From a virus: a stretch of DNA of 64,000 nucleotides. The stretch spans positions 1 to 64,000 of the IMG/VR virus record IMGVR_UViG_3300037504_000682. One strand, given 5' to 3'. Position numbers and translations under genes: made by a program. Below the pieces are notes generated by a model. It had not been told where the DNA came from and ran no database searches. It was given only the letters and a program-made list of their open reading frames with translations. The stretch's first letter is position 1. Each line of letters begins with the position of its first letter. Of this stretch, positions 38,039 through 47,264 are shown piece by piece.

Positions 38039-38545
38039 CTAAAGGTCTATCACTTCTCTGGCTAGATGTTTTTTGGCGTAATCCAGCGGGACGATCAAGC
38101 CGTGGGTGTTATAGCCGTCGTTCTGGTTTTTGCTGGTCGCCACTTCTCGAAATTTTAGCTTCAGGCTATCCATCTGGGCCCGCAGCTCGTCCGGCCAGAA
38201 GACCAGGATCACCCCGTTGAGCAGGGCCGCGTAGAGGATGTAATCGGCCCGGCTGGTGTAGACCCAGCCCGGCTTGCCGGCGGTGTCGACCGAGATGGTC
38301 TCCAGGAAGATATTGCCGGTGTAGAAGGTCTGGATTCCGGACTTGTATTCAACAAACCAGGTCGTTCCGTCCTTGCTGAATATCCTGTCCCCCAGGCAGA
38401 GTACCCGCTCCTGGTGCGGGGTCGTTTTCTCGATGGTAAAGCCCCGGGCCTCGAAGTAGTCATCCAGAAACGCCTCGACTTGCATCCCCCGGATGTACTG
38501 GGGAGTCTTAGTAAATTGGCTGGTCACTCCGGTCGACCGTTGCAT
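38039..38545 (-). CDS. PD-(D/E)xK nuclease-like protein
   Basis: E...GDRI...VEYK...TGNIFLE. Confidence 0.65.
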   Translation of the reverse strand: MQRSTGVTSQFTKTPQYIRGMQVEAFLDDYFEARGFTIEKTTPHQERVLCLGDRIFSKDGTTWFVEYKSGIQTFYTGNIFLETISVDTAGKPGWVYTSRADYILYAALLNGVILVFWPDELRAQMDSLKLKFREVATSKNQNDGYNTHGLIVPLDYAKKHLAREVIDL

Positions 38546-39662
38546 AGGTAATTTCCTTCCCTATTTTGAGTCCCCAGGTGAACCAGGCCACCGGGAACTG
38601 GGCTCCGGCCCCATCCCAACCCTTGTTGGGCATCTTGAAGTTGATCCGCTTGTCCAGCAGGATCAACTCCAGGCCGAAGACCCGAAACATATCCTGGGCC
38701 GTTTTGGCCCCCAACATTTCAACCGGCATCAGGAGGGCGAAGGGCTGGCCCAGCTGATAGCAGCGCTCAAGCCACGGGTACTTAATGCTATAGGGCGGGT
38801 TCGTGACCAGGCAGTCCCAGAGACCATCCGGCTCATAATCGAAAAAATTCTGGCCGTCCAGCAGGTCAGATGAAACAACCTCGAAGCCGGCGTCGTAAAG
38901 GCCCTCGACCAGATAGCCCTCTCCCCGGGCCGGCTCCCAGATCGTGGTAAAGCGCTCGATGTAGGGCAGCAGGGGATCAATGGCATAGGGCGGGGTCTGG
39001 CAGGCGTCGTATCCCTTGGGGACGTAGATGTCTCCCTCTCGGTTGGCCTTATTGTCCCGCTTGTAGTTGGGCTGCTGGGGCCGGCAATCCGGGCAGGTGG
39101 CCCCTTCGTAAACCTGGCCGCAGCCCTCACAGATCGGCAGGGCCGATTCCTCGATAGCGGCCTCCAGGTGCTCGTCCTTGCCATAAAGCGGCCGGGTGTC
39201 GGCCGGAATCGGGCTGGGGACGGTAGCCTGGAAGGTGCTGCCGTTCTGTTTTGGTTCCTTGTGCCGGTCGACAATGTCCCGGCCGGTGGAATAGGTGATC
39301 CGCTCGCCGGCTTCAGCCCGGGCGATGGCCTCCTGCCGGGCTTCGTCGGGGGTTTTTGGTTCTGCCAGCAAATACAGCGCCTTTGCTTGAAATTCCAACC
39401 CGGTTGGAATTTGAGGGAATTCACGAGCAACGTTCATAAAGCGCCGCGCTGTCTCTTGGCTCCACCCAAACTCACTTTCAAGCCACCCACCAAAAGCGCC
39501 GTGGGGCAATCGCTCTTTTACCTCGATCAACTTCTCCCCAATCTCGATAATATCCTGGGCCGTCCGGCGCATCAGGGTTTTGATCTCGCTGGTCCGCTGC
39601 TCGACCACGATCCGGGTCTCGGCGTCCAGTTGGGTGTAGTTAAATACCGTCGTTATTTCCAC
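38508..39662 (-). CDS. DUF3102 plus N6-adenine DNA methyltransferase fusion
   Basis: IGEKLIEVKERLPHGAFGGWL; WEPARGEG; TNPPYS. Confidence 0.85.
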   Translation of the reverse strand: MEITTVFNYTQLDAETRIVVEQRTSEIKTLMRRTAQDIIEIGEKLIEVKERLPHGAFGGWLESEFGWSQETARRFMNVAREFPQIPTGLEFQAKALYLLAEPKTPDEARQEAIARAEAGERITYSTGRDIVDRHKEPKQNGSTFQATVPSPIPADTRPLYGKDEHLEAAIEESALPICEGCGQVYEGATCPDCRPQQPNYKRDNKANREGDIYVPKGYDACQTPPYAIDPLLPYIERFTTIWEPARGEGYLVEGLYDAGFEVVSSDLLDGQNFFDYEPDGLWDCLVTNPPYSIKYPWLERCYQLGQPFALLMPVEMLGAKTAQDMFRVFGLELILLDKRINFKMPNKGWDGAGAQFPVAWFTWGLKIGKEITYATVDRSDQPIY

Positions 39663-39672
39663 AAGTCGCTCC

Positions 39673-39963
39673 TTATTCCGCTCTGCCTAATAGTTCAATG
39701 GCCGGCACCGCCGGATTATTGCGCTCCGGGGTGAGATCGACCCCGAAATGAGCCATCAGGAAATCGGCCACGCCGGGAAAGTACAGCCCGCTCACCCACC
39801 AGGCCCGCCGGTCCTTCACCCACCGCCGGGCGTGGGGCGGCAGGAGCTTCAGGTCGTGGACCAGGTCGGAGTTGTACGAAAACTCCAGCAGGAAGCCCTC
39901 GGTGAGCGGGGTGATAGAGAAGCTGCCGTGCTCGGTGTTATAGGTCTTCTTGAAGCTGGTCAT
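39673..39963 (-). CDS. HARP-like small domain protein
   Basis: FSYNSDLVHDLK...RRWVKDRRAWWV. Confidence 0.55.
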   Translation of the reverse strand: MTSFKKTYNTEHGSFSITPLTEGFLLEFSYNSDLVHDLKLLPPHARRWVKDRRAWWVSGLYFPGVADFLMAHFGVDLTPERNNPAVPAIELLGRAE

Positions 39964-39973
39964 CGCCCCCCCC

Positions 39974-40879
39974 TTAAACCACCGCTCGTTGATCCGGCCC
40001 TACGACCTGGACTTGCGCCCATAGCTGGCCGGTAAGGCGGCTGAGTAGCGCTCCTCCGATGTCGGCCACGTAGCCACCTTGCCGCCGCCAGACATCAGCC
40101 AGATCGTCCAGGCTGTGATTGGCGGTGATAATCAACGGCTTCTCGTACATGTAGCGGTAGTGAATGACCTCATACAGTTTGCCCAGGGCCCATTCGCTAG
40201 GCATCCGCTTGTCGATGTCGTCTATCACCAGAAACGTGGCGTAATTCATCCCCCGCCAAAGCTGGCCCTCGGTCGGGCCGGGATTGTCGCTCTTGTCCCA
40301 GCTCTGCTGAACCCGGGAGCAGTGCAGAACCCACTCGACGAAGCGAACGGACAGGTTGGGCGGGCCGGCATCTATGGCGTCCCAGGCCATTTTGCGCAGG
40401 GCCGAAACGGCCAGGTGGGTTTTACCTACCCCGTACTCCCCCCCCCAGAGCCACAGCAGATTCCGCTCCCGGCTGTAGGTTTCGGTGTACTCAATGACAT
40501 CTCCTAGGTGCTTTCTGGCCAGGCCGTGACGGGCGATGTCCCAGTTCTCAAATGTCATCCGGGCGTAGCGGCCGGCGTCAATGCCGCCAGCCCGTGAAAC
40601 AATTTCCCCGTAGGCCGCCTGCTTCTCCTGGTGCTTTTGCTCTGCCAGCTGCCGGTTGCGCTCCTCGGTCACCGCCGGGCAATCACACGAAACACGCCAA
40701 TAAACGGTCACCTCGTCGCTCATCTGCATGCTGCCGGGCTCCACAATCCGGCCGCAGTGTTCGCAGCTGTAGCGGTACTCATCGGGACCTTGCTGCGATA
40801 GCTGCCGCTCTAGCACTGTGCCCAGCGGTAACGGTCTCTTCTGTCGGTCGTGGCTTCTTCCGTTTGCCTGAATGTCCAT
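39974..40879 (-). CDS. DnaC/IstB-like helicase loader
   Basis: CxxC/CxC; GVGKTHLA; VIDDI; IITAN. Confidence 0.88.
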   Translation of the reverse strand: MDIQANGRSHDRQKRPLPLGTVLERQLSQQGPDEYRYSCEHCGRIVEPGSMQMSDEVTVYWRVSCDCPAVTEERNRQLAEQKHQEKQAAYGEIVSRAGGIDAGRYARMTFENWDIARHGLARKHLGDVIEYTETYSRERNLLWLWGGEYGVGKTHLAVSALRKMAWDAIDAGPPNLSVRFVEWVLHCSRVQQSWDKSDNPGPTEGQLWRGMNYATFLVIDDIDKRMPSEWALGKLYEVIHYRYMYEKPLIITANHSLDDLADVWRRQGGYVADIGGALLSRLTGQLWAQVQVVGPDQRAVV

Positions 40880-41735
40880 TTTGCGCTCCGTTCTTTCGTT
40901 CCACTTGCTGAATCTGCCCGGTGATTGTCTTGATCAAGCTACCCGGCGACTTGTGGGTGTACCGCCCCCTGTTTAAAATTTCTACAGCCTCGTCTATCAA
41001 CCCCCTCGCCCGGCCGACGTCACCCCCGGCCAGGTCTAAAATGTCGCAACAATCATCCTCCCACATCTGGGCGTCCGTAATCCCCCTGGGGGCGTTTCCG
41101 GTTTCTTGCTGGTAATAGGTGGCCAGTTGATCAGCCGGGTTTTGTTTCGGGATTTTTTCTCTAATTCCTTGTTCAGGGCCCTCTCTCGCATGCGCGTGCG
41201 CGATAGTAGTAGGAGTCTTTAAATTAACCTTCTCTTTAAACTTCTTATTAGGCCGCCGTTCTGGCGGCACGCTTCCGGAATGGTTCCGGCTTTCTTCCGG
41301 CAAGTTTCCGGAAGGCGGTTGGGCCTCCTGATCCAGGTTTCCGTCAGGTGTCGGGGCGTCCTGGTCATTGTCGCCGTCCTGGCTGCTGTCCTGGGGTGGC
41401 TCCGGGTAGGTTGACGTCTCCCGGTCGGCCCTGAGTCCGATCTGGTTGTCGTTGAAGCCGGGCCAGTATTGCCATTTTTCGCCGTCGGCTTCGAAGAGAA
41501 CGATCAGGCCGACCTTCTGCATCTCCTGGAGGTAGTGCTCCACCGCCTCGATTGAGACGTCGCTGCGCCAGGGGAAGACAAGGGAGCGGACCATCACCGG
41601 GTCACCGTAGAAGACGCCGTTTTTGTCCAGATGGCTGATGATCCAGGTGGCCAGGAGCCGGCAGGTGTCATCGGGGAGGTTTTTGAACTTTGAGCTGCGG
41701 CTGATCGAGTTGTTTACCATTCGCCCTCTAGCCAT
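40779..41735 (-). CDS. Phage replication initiator
   Basis: MARGRMV wHTH-type N-terminus and low-complexity linker, upstream of DnaC. Confidence 0.75.
   Translation of the reverse strand: MARGRMVNNSISRSSKFKNLPDDTCRLLATWIISHLDKNGVFYGDPVMVRSLVFPWRSDVSIEAVEHYLQEMQKVGLIVLFEADGEKWQYWPGFNDNQIGLRADRETSTYPEPPQDSSQDGDNDQDAPTPDGNLDQEAQPPSGNLPEESRNHSGSVPPERRPNKKFKEKVNLKTPTTIAHAHAREGPEQGIREKIPKQNPADQLATYYQQETGNAPRGITDAQMWEDDCCDILDLAGGDVGRARGLIDEAVEILNRGRYTHKSPGSLIKTITGQIQQVERKNGAQNGHSGKRKKPRPTEETVTAGHSARAAAIAARSR
41270..41345. repeat. TTCCG(G) iteron-like repeats in initiator linker (candidate ori)
   Basis: Five TTCCG copies next to an AT-rich tract at ~41215-41250. Confidence 0.5.
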
Positions 41736-42442
41736 TGGTGACCACCCCTTCCATCGCCGGTAGCTGCGCTCGCAGGGTCGTGATTTCCTCCCTGGCCAGC
41801 CGCGCTTGCTCCATATGGTAGAGGTATCTTCCCCAAAGTTCCTGGCCTCCATCCGCCACTTGATCGGCGTAGCCAAACCATCGACACCAAGCCCTGTTGG
41901 CGTCCCGGAGGTGTCGCTTCCGCTTATTGTGCTGCCGGTCGATTTCCGCCGTAATAGATTGTGTAATTATGCTTGTCATTAATCCGCTCTTTCGCTTGTC
42001 ACCGGCCCCTACGCCGGCTCACTCATTAATGGTTTCTGCCGGATCACGGCCAGCGCCTCCCTGAGCCTGGCCCGCTCCCGGCTGGCCTTGAGGCCCGCCG
42101 GCGTATCCAGCCCGAACCGCTCATGCAGGTTAGCGTTGACCTCCAGCCGGTCCTGGATGTACTTCTCTACTACTTTTGTCACCAGCTGCACCGCCGCCCC
42201 GTGGTCCATCAGGCCGCTACCGCCGCCGGCACCCGGGCGGACCGGTTGGCTATCGCTTTTGGGATTTTGCCCAGCCGCTGGTGCTGGCTGGTATTGTGCC
42301 ACCAGCCGCACTCCGGGCAGGGGTAGGTGTAGAGCCGGTGCCGGTGTCGCTGGCAATAATCTGTGGCGACCCGATGGGCCGAACCAAAGTCCGGGAAGGC
42401 ATCCTTTCCACTGGGGCAATCTAATTGTTCTGCAATCATCTC

Positions 42443-42904
42443 TCACCTCAATTCGTTGAAAATTTCGGGGATGGTCACCCCGTCCGATTCCATTGGGATC
42501 AGCTTCATCCCGGCCTGGATGTCCCGGGCCGCCCCGGCCGAGATGTCGACCAGTCGGGCCACGACGATCCAGTTGTTCTGCTTCCGCTCCGGCCCGATCA
42601 GCTCCATCGCCCGGACGATCTTGCCGCTCTGGGCCACCACGTCCAGGGCTACCTCGCTCCACTTCGGCGGCCGGCCGCGCCGCTTCCCGGCCTTGCCGGC
42701 TATCCGCCGGGCCTGCTTCTTGATGGCCCGGGCTTTCTCCTCGACAAGCGGCAGCAGGATGTCGACCACCTTGTAATTCTTGTCTTTGATTCCCTCCACC
42801 TGGAGGGTGTCGATCAGGCTACCGATCCGCCGCGCTTCGGCCAGGATCAGTTCGGCCGGCTCGACGGCCTCATCGGGCCAACCCTGGAGATTACTGTTCA
42901 CCAT
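42443..42904 (-). CDS. Hypothetical helical protein
   Basis: Coupled ORF in leftward operon. Confidence 0.55.
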   Translation of the reverse strand: MVNSNLQGWPDEAVEPAELILAEARRIGSLIDTLQVEGIKDKNYKVVDILLPLVEEKARAIKKQARRIAGKAGKRRGRPPKWSEVALDVVAQSGKIVRAMELIGPERKQNNWIVVARLVDISAGAARDIQAGMKLIPMESDGVTIPEIFNELR

Positions 42905-43232
42905 TCTCGACCTTGTCCTTGAGTTTTTCGGCCCGGCGCTCCTGGGCCCGCTTTTTCCAGAGCTGGCCGGCGATCATCGGTCCGCCGGTCAGCAGGTGAC
43001 TGATAATCGGCTGTACGGCCACAAACCAGGGGTTGACCGGATCGCCCGACAGTAAAATGGTCAGGATGGCGGCCACGGTGCCGATGTCGGTCCAGCCGTC
43101 GCCGATCACCACGCTGAGCCAGGTCCAACCCTGCTCAAATGAATTATGGTAAATATAGACCGCGTAGCCGATGCCGCCGGCCAGGAGTAGGGACCAGATT
43201 GCAATCAGGATGGATAATGTCGTCGCTGTCAT
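42891..43232 (-). CDS. Membrane protein
   Basis: Several TMs; first gene of leftward operon. Confidence 0.6.
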   Translation of the reverse strand: MTATTLSILIAIWSLLLAGGIGYAVYIYHNSFEQGWTWLSVVIGDGWTDIGTVAAILTILLSGDPVNPWFVAVQPIISHLLTGGPMIAGQLWKKRAQERRAEKLKDKVENGEQ

Positions 43233-43506
43233 AAAAAAACCTTTTTTCTGATTAAAATTTGAATTTAATTTGGTTAGCCTGGATTTTTCGGAATCCGTGA
43301 TAGAATGAGTCTGATCCTTAACAACCCGGCCTGCCGCCCCTACGACAGGCCGGACTTTTTCATTGGGCCGCCAACGGTTGGCGACGGGGGCGGCCCAATT
43401 CCTCCTCCGTTTTGTGTATATAATGGTGTATCTATCAACCAGTACCAAAGTACCAGGAGGAGAAAATGAAACCTCAATTAAAACCCGTTAGGAGGTCGAT
43501 TAATCT

Positions 43507-44412
43507 ATGAAAAGGTGGGACCGATTAATCGACCGTTTCGCTACCGGCAAGGCCGTCCGCCGCAAGCCGGTGACCGTCGAGTGGTATCGCCAAAGGCTCA
43601 GTCACTGGGCCGAATTCACAACTAGCCGCAAGCTCAAGCCCAAAAAAGTAAAAGCTAAACATCTTGACAAGTTCTTTGCCGGCCTTAGAGAGGCCGGATA
43701 CACCGCCAATACCATCAAAGGCACCGAAACCGCCCTTCGGACTTTTTTCGGCTGGTTGGTCCGCCGGGGCAAGATGAAGCGCAATCCGTTCGACCGCTTC
43801 GAGCCGGTTGAGGTTCCCCGCCAGTCGCAGCCGATCATCCGGCTGGAGTACGCTTACCGGATGATCCGGGCGGCCGAAGCCGACGATTCCGTGATCGCCC
43901 GCCGGGACGCCGCTATTATGCGCTTCCTGCTCAGCACCGGAGCGCGTAGAGAGGAGGTGGTTTCTGTCAGATGGGAGTGGCTCGACCTGGCCGGCGGCCT
44001 GGTCAAGTTGCGGGGCAAATTCGGCCACGAACGGTTGATTCCACTCGTGGCGACCACCGTCACGGCCCTGGCGATCTGGATCGAGGCCCGGCCAGCCAGT
44101 GACTGGCTGTTTGTCAGCCTGAAGGCTAACCAGTACAATCAAGTCGGGGACAAGCTGGCGGTCAATACGATCAACAAGCTGCTTGACCGCTGGAAAATCG
44201 CGGCCGGCCTGCCAGAAGAGGCCGAGGTCAATCCCCACGCCTGGCGACGCAGGTTCGCCACGGAGCTGGCCAAAGCCGGAGATCCGTTCCGGCTCCAGAC
44301 CCTGCTGGGTCATCTGGATATGAACACGACAAAAAAATACATCCTCGATCAGCCCGATATTTTGAGGGAGATGATCGAGCGCTATGGGCCGGGAATCAAA
44401 GGCGATACGTGA
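43507..44412 (+). CDS. int: Tyrosine integrase
   Basis: TGARREE, K, HAWRR, LGH, Y catalytic residues; SD AGGAGG. Confidence 0.93.
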   Translation: MKRWDRLIDRFATGKAVRRKPVTVEWYRQRLSHWAEFTTSRKLKPKKVKAKHLDKFFAGLREAGYTANTIKGTETALRTFFGWLVRRGKMKRNPFDRFEPVEVPRQSQPIIRLEYAYRMIRAAEADDSVIARRDAAIMRFLLSTGARREEVVSVRWEWLDLAGGLVKLRGKFGHERLIPLVATTVTALAIWIEARPASDWLFVSLKANQYNQVGDKLAVNTINKLLDRWKIAAGLPEEAEVNPHAWRRRFATELAKAGDPFRLQTLLGHLDMNTTKKYILDQPDILREMIERYGPGIKGDT

Positions 44413-44471
44413 TAATCTCTCACGTACCGCTTGGTTTTTCGAGCAGGTTGCCAACGGGGAGCCTTCGGCAG

Positions 44472-44528
44472 ATGATTTAGGATCATGTGCCGAAAGGCGT
44501 GCGGGTTCGAGTCCCGCCTTCCCCACTA
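44472..44528 (+). other. att core: 3' part of tRNA-Leu(TAG)
   Basis: ATGA-TTTAGGA-TCAT anticodon arm, GCC-GAAA-GGC variable arm, GCGGG-TTCGAGT-CCCGC T arm, CTTCCCCA; no canonical D arm. Confidence 0.9.
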
Positions 44529-44529
44529 A

Positions 44530-44743
44530 CTGGTGACCTGTTTTTTGTTGCCGGTTCATGAATATAAATCTCCTACCCTTCTGAGGGTAGCGTGATTAGT
44601 CGCTCGAAAGAGCGGCGAGTGCTGTTGTTCACCCGGGGTTGTTTGGCGACGGGTCCGGGTGAGCGGTTCTGTAGCTGGCGATTGCCATTACAGAACAAAA
44701 GGAAGACGCTCCTGCCTCAGTCGGTGGGGGCGTCTTTTTTATT
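44530..44743 (+). ncRNA. Candidate structured RNA ending in intrinsic terminator
   Basis: Consecutive hairpins with G-U pairs on the plus strand, a GAAA tetraloop and a terminal U-run. Confidence 0.5.
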
Positions 44744-45002
44744 ATCCCTTACTTTCGTCTTCTTTGTGCTTTTCCAGGAATTCAGACAGAGGCACGCCGA
44801 CGGCATCAGCAATTGCTCGCAGGGTATCCAGGCGAGCTCCGGGCTTGTACCCGTTTTTTACGATACCGTAAGTGTGACTGTACGACCGGTCGATCTCCCG
44901 GCAAAGCCAGTCGATGGTTTTGCCCATCTCGTCAAGACGCTGCTCCAGGAATGTTTTTTGTTCCTCTTGTTCCATAATAGCGGTGGCCAGCATCAACAGC
45001 AC
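44742..45002 (-). CDS. XRE-family HTH regulator
   Basis: LCREIDRSYSHTYGIVKNG...LDTLRAIADAVGV. Confidence 0.85.
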   Translation of the reverse strand: MLLMLATAIMEQEEQKTFLEQRLDEMGKTIDWLCREIDRSYSHTYGIVKNGYKPGARLDTLRAIADAVGVPLSEFLEKHKEDESKG

Positions 45003-45049
45003 TCTCCTTTCTGTTTGGTTTGGGCCGCCCCTGGGCGACCGTTTCTAAG

Positions 45050-45157
45050 ATAGTATCACAGCTTTCCGAGCTGGTCAAGACAGTATATACACTTCACTAT
45101 ATATTTTAAGGATTTCTCAGAACGCACGTTGAGAAGTCCGTCAAAATCGGTTATACT
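45050..45157. promoter_or_regulatory. Divergent promoters with operator
   Basis: Minus TTGACC-17-TACTAT; plus TTGAGA-17-TATACT; operator at 45084-45105. Confidence 0.75.
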
Positions 45158-45177
45158 GGACAAAAACGAGGTGGATA

Positions 45178-45888
45178 ATGCTTGAAGAGATCAAAAACGA
45201 TCGCATCACCCTGATTCTTTCGGTTGTCTTCGTCCTGCTCTTGTGCGTTAGTGTTGGTATGGTTGGCCTGCTCGGTTTTTTATGGCTCAACCGTTCGGCC
45301 GAAGTGGCCGGCCCGCCGCCGGCCGAGTCCGCGGACTCCGTTACTGGCGACGAATTACCGCCACCCGCCGAAGATGCGCAGCCTACCGAGGAGGCCCCAC
45401 CCCCGGCCGGGCCGGTGGCCGATCAGCCCCAGGAGCCAGCCCAGCCCCCGGCCGAGATGACCGAGGGGGTCCAGCAGGCTTATCTCGCCCTGGTGACCTA
45501 CGATTCCACCCTGGCGTTACTTTCCGAATTGCCCGGCCGTCCGGCCGACAGCCCGGAAGCCATTGGCGAGCGGCTGGGGGTCGTGATCGGAGCGACGGCC
45601 ATCCTGGAGGCCGTATCCCAGAAGCTGGAGCAGGAGCCGCCGCCGGGCTTTGAGCCGGCCTGGGAAACGGCCCGGCAGTCGATACCAGTCACCCAGGGGG
45701 CACTGGCCGCCTGGTCCGATCAGGAAGTCAACCTGTCTCAAATGGCTGAGCAGTTGCCGTATACCCTGGTCGACCAGGCCGTCGACCAGGCCGACCGGGC
45801 CCTGGTGGAGCAGTACGGCGGCAGCCAGGCCGATCTGGACCGGATGCGAGCCGAAGCCGAAGCGAAGTTGGTGGAAGCTCTGGAGTAA
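45178..45888 (+). CDS. Single-TM, Pro-rich-linker surface protein (exclusion candidate)
   Basis: N-terminal TM, own promoter and terminator (45912-45937). Confidence 0.7.
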   Translation: MLEEIKNDRITLILSVVFVLLLCVSVGMVGLLGFLWLNRSAEVAGPPPAESADSVTGDELPPPAEDAQPTEEAPPPAGPVADQPQEPAQPPAEMTEGVQQAYLALVTYDSTLALLSELPGRPADSPEAIGERLGVVIGATAILEAVSQKLEQEPPPGFEPAWETARQSIPVTQGALAAWSDQEVNLSQMAEQLPYTLVDQAVDQADRALVEQYGGSQADLDRMRAEAEAKLVEALE

Positions 45889-45946
45889 AATAGCAGCCCG
45901 CTCACCCTCAAGGGTCGCCACTCGGCGGCCCTTTTTTGTTGTCTAC

Positions 45947-46013
45947 AATGTATACTGGAGTGTATATTTTTAAGGTTTATCAGGTTGACAATATACACTG
46001 AATATTATATACT
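45947..46013 (+). promoter_or_regulatory. Strong rightward early promoter with operators
   Basis: TTGACA-17-TATACT; AATGTATACT-GG-AGTGTATATT. Confidence 0.85.
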
Positions 46014-46061
46014 AGAGATTATAAACACCCGTTAGAAATTCTTCACAGAAAGGACCTTTCG

Positions 46062-46355
46062 ATGGCCTACAATCTACCGTTTATCAACGATTATCGAAGT
46101 CAACAGCCCGAAGCCGACAGCGCCCTTCCCCAGACCGAGGCCGCCAAGTACGAAGTCGAGTGGCTCACCTGGATGGAGCGCAAAACGGTCGGCCCCAAGA
46201 ATTTCAAGGCCACCCTGGCCACCTTCCGGCGGGACTTCGGCCCTCAGACCGACTGGTCCGAAGACTGGTCCGTCCAACAAGGCGAGACCCTGCTGATCAC
46301 CGTCGCCCTCCGGGAGCATATCCTGGACTTGTCCGCTCAAGAGAATAGCCAATAA
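46062..46355 (+). CDS. Hypothetical protein
   Basis: First ORF after promoter. Confidence 0.6.
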   Translation: MAYNLPFINDYRSQQPEADSALPQTEAAKYEVEWLTWMERKTVGPKNFKATLATFRRDFGPQTDWSEDWSVQQGETLLITVALREHILDLSAQENSQ

Positions 46356-46444
46356 AAAAGCCCCACCGGCCGGCGGGAGTACGGCCGGGTGGGGCTCCTT
46401 TAATTGGTGCGAAAGCACCGGAGAACACAAGGAGTATAGCACAA

Positions 46445-46783
46445 ATGTCTCAAAATGGTAAAAGTTTTGTAGTCCTAAGCGATGGCAGTCTGGCCCCGGT
46501 TCCCGAGGGAGCTGACCCGGACTTCATCCGGCGCTTTGAAAACGCCAAGCTGGAAGCGGCCAAAAAGCCTAAGAAAAAGAAGCGCCGCTCCCGCCGGTCC
46601 TCCGGCTCCCGCTACGCCGGCAAAAGCTGGCGGGCCGACAGCGTCTTGGGCCGCAGCTCGTACTTCGAGCAGCAGGCCGAGACCTACGAGGCCACCCGGG
46701 AGCTGGTCGACCGGGCTAACGGCAACGAAGAGGCCGACGAGGATGAAGAAATCCAGGTCATCCTCGAAGGGCGACCCTGGTAA
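46445..46783 (+). CDS. Hypothetical basic/acidic protein
   Basis: SD AAGGAG. Confidence 0.6.
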   Translation: MSQNGKSFVVLSDGSLAPVPEGADPDFIRRFENAKLEAAKKPKKKKRRSRRSSGSRYAGKSWRADSVLGRSSYFEQQAETYEATRELVDRANGNEEADEDEEIQVILEGRPW

Positions 46784-46859
46784 AAAGCGAGCGGCCGGGT
46801 GCTGCGAACACCGGGCCGCTCGATAGTCAGTCTCTCCGACCAAAGAAAGGTGACTTGAG

Positions 46860-47264
46860 ATGAGTGTAGCACAGAAAACCAGAGATCGTCAAATGAAGCA
46901 TTTAGAGAATGTAGTCGAGAGACACAATCTCAACCGCTCCATTTTGCTTCAGGCCCAGCGAACCGGCAACCCGGCCGCCGGCCTCAAGGTCGCTCTCCGC
47001 CGGCTCTTTCCGACCGCCGGGGCCACCGAAGCCGATCACCTAGAGGCCCCCGCCGTTGTCGACGAGCCGGGCCCCAAGCCCAAGCCGGCCATCCAGAACA
47101 TCGGTCACAGTATTCAGCAGCTCCTGGGCCAGGAGCCGGTGACCCACAGCCCCAAGCCTCGGCAACTCACCGCCGAGGAGCGTGAGCGAGGCTACGCGGC
47201 GGCCCTGCGGCCGGACGCCTGCAACCGTAAGCGCCGAAACAACTGGCAGTTTAAGGCCCGGTAG
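46860..47264 (+). CDS. Hypothetical protein
   Basis: SD AAGGTGA. Confidence 0.55.
   Translation: MSVAQKTRDRQMKHLENVVERHNLNRSILLQAQRTGNPAAGLKVALRRLFPTAGATEADHLEAPAVVDEPGPKPKPAIQNIGHSIQQLLGQEPVTHSPKPRQLTAEERERGYAAALRPDACNRKRRNNWQFKAR

Noticed and set aside
44456-44528. Complete functional tRNA-Leu gene
   Set aside because: No canonical D arm, first anticodon-stem pair mismatched, ends CTA.
43525-44559. 344-aa minus-strand ORF across int and att, with an AGGAG upstream
   Set aside because: It is the antisense of the integrase and tRNA fragment, shows no domain signal, and would be split by integration.
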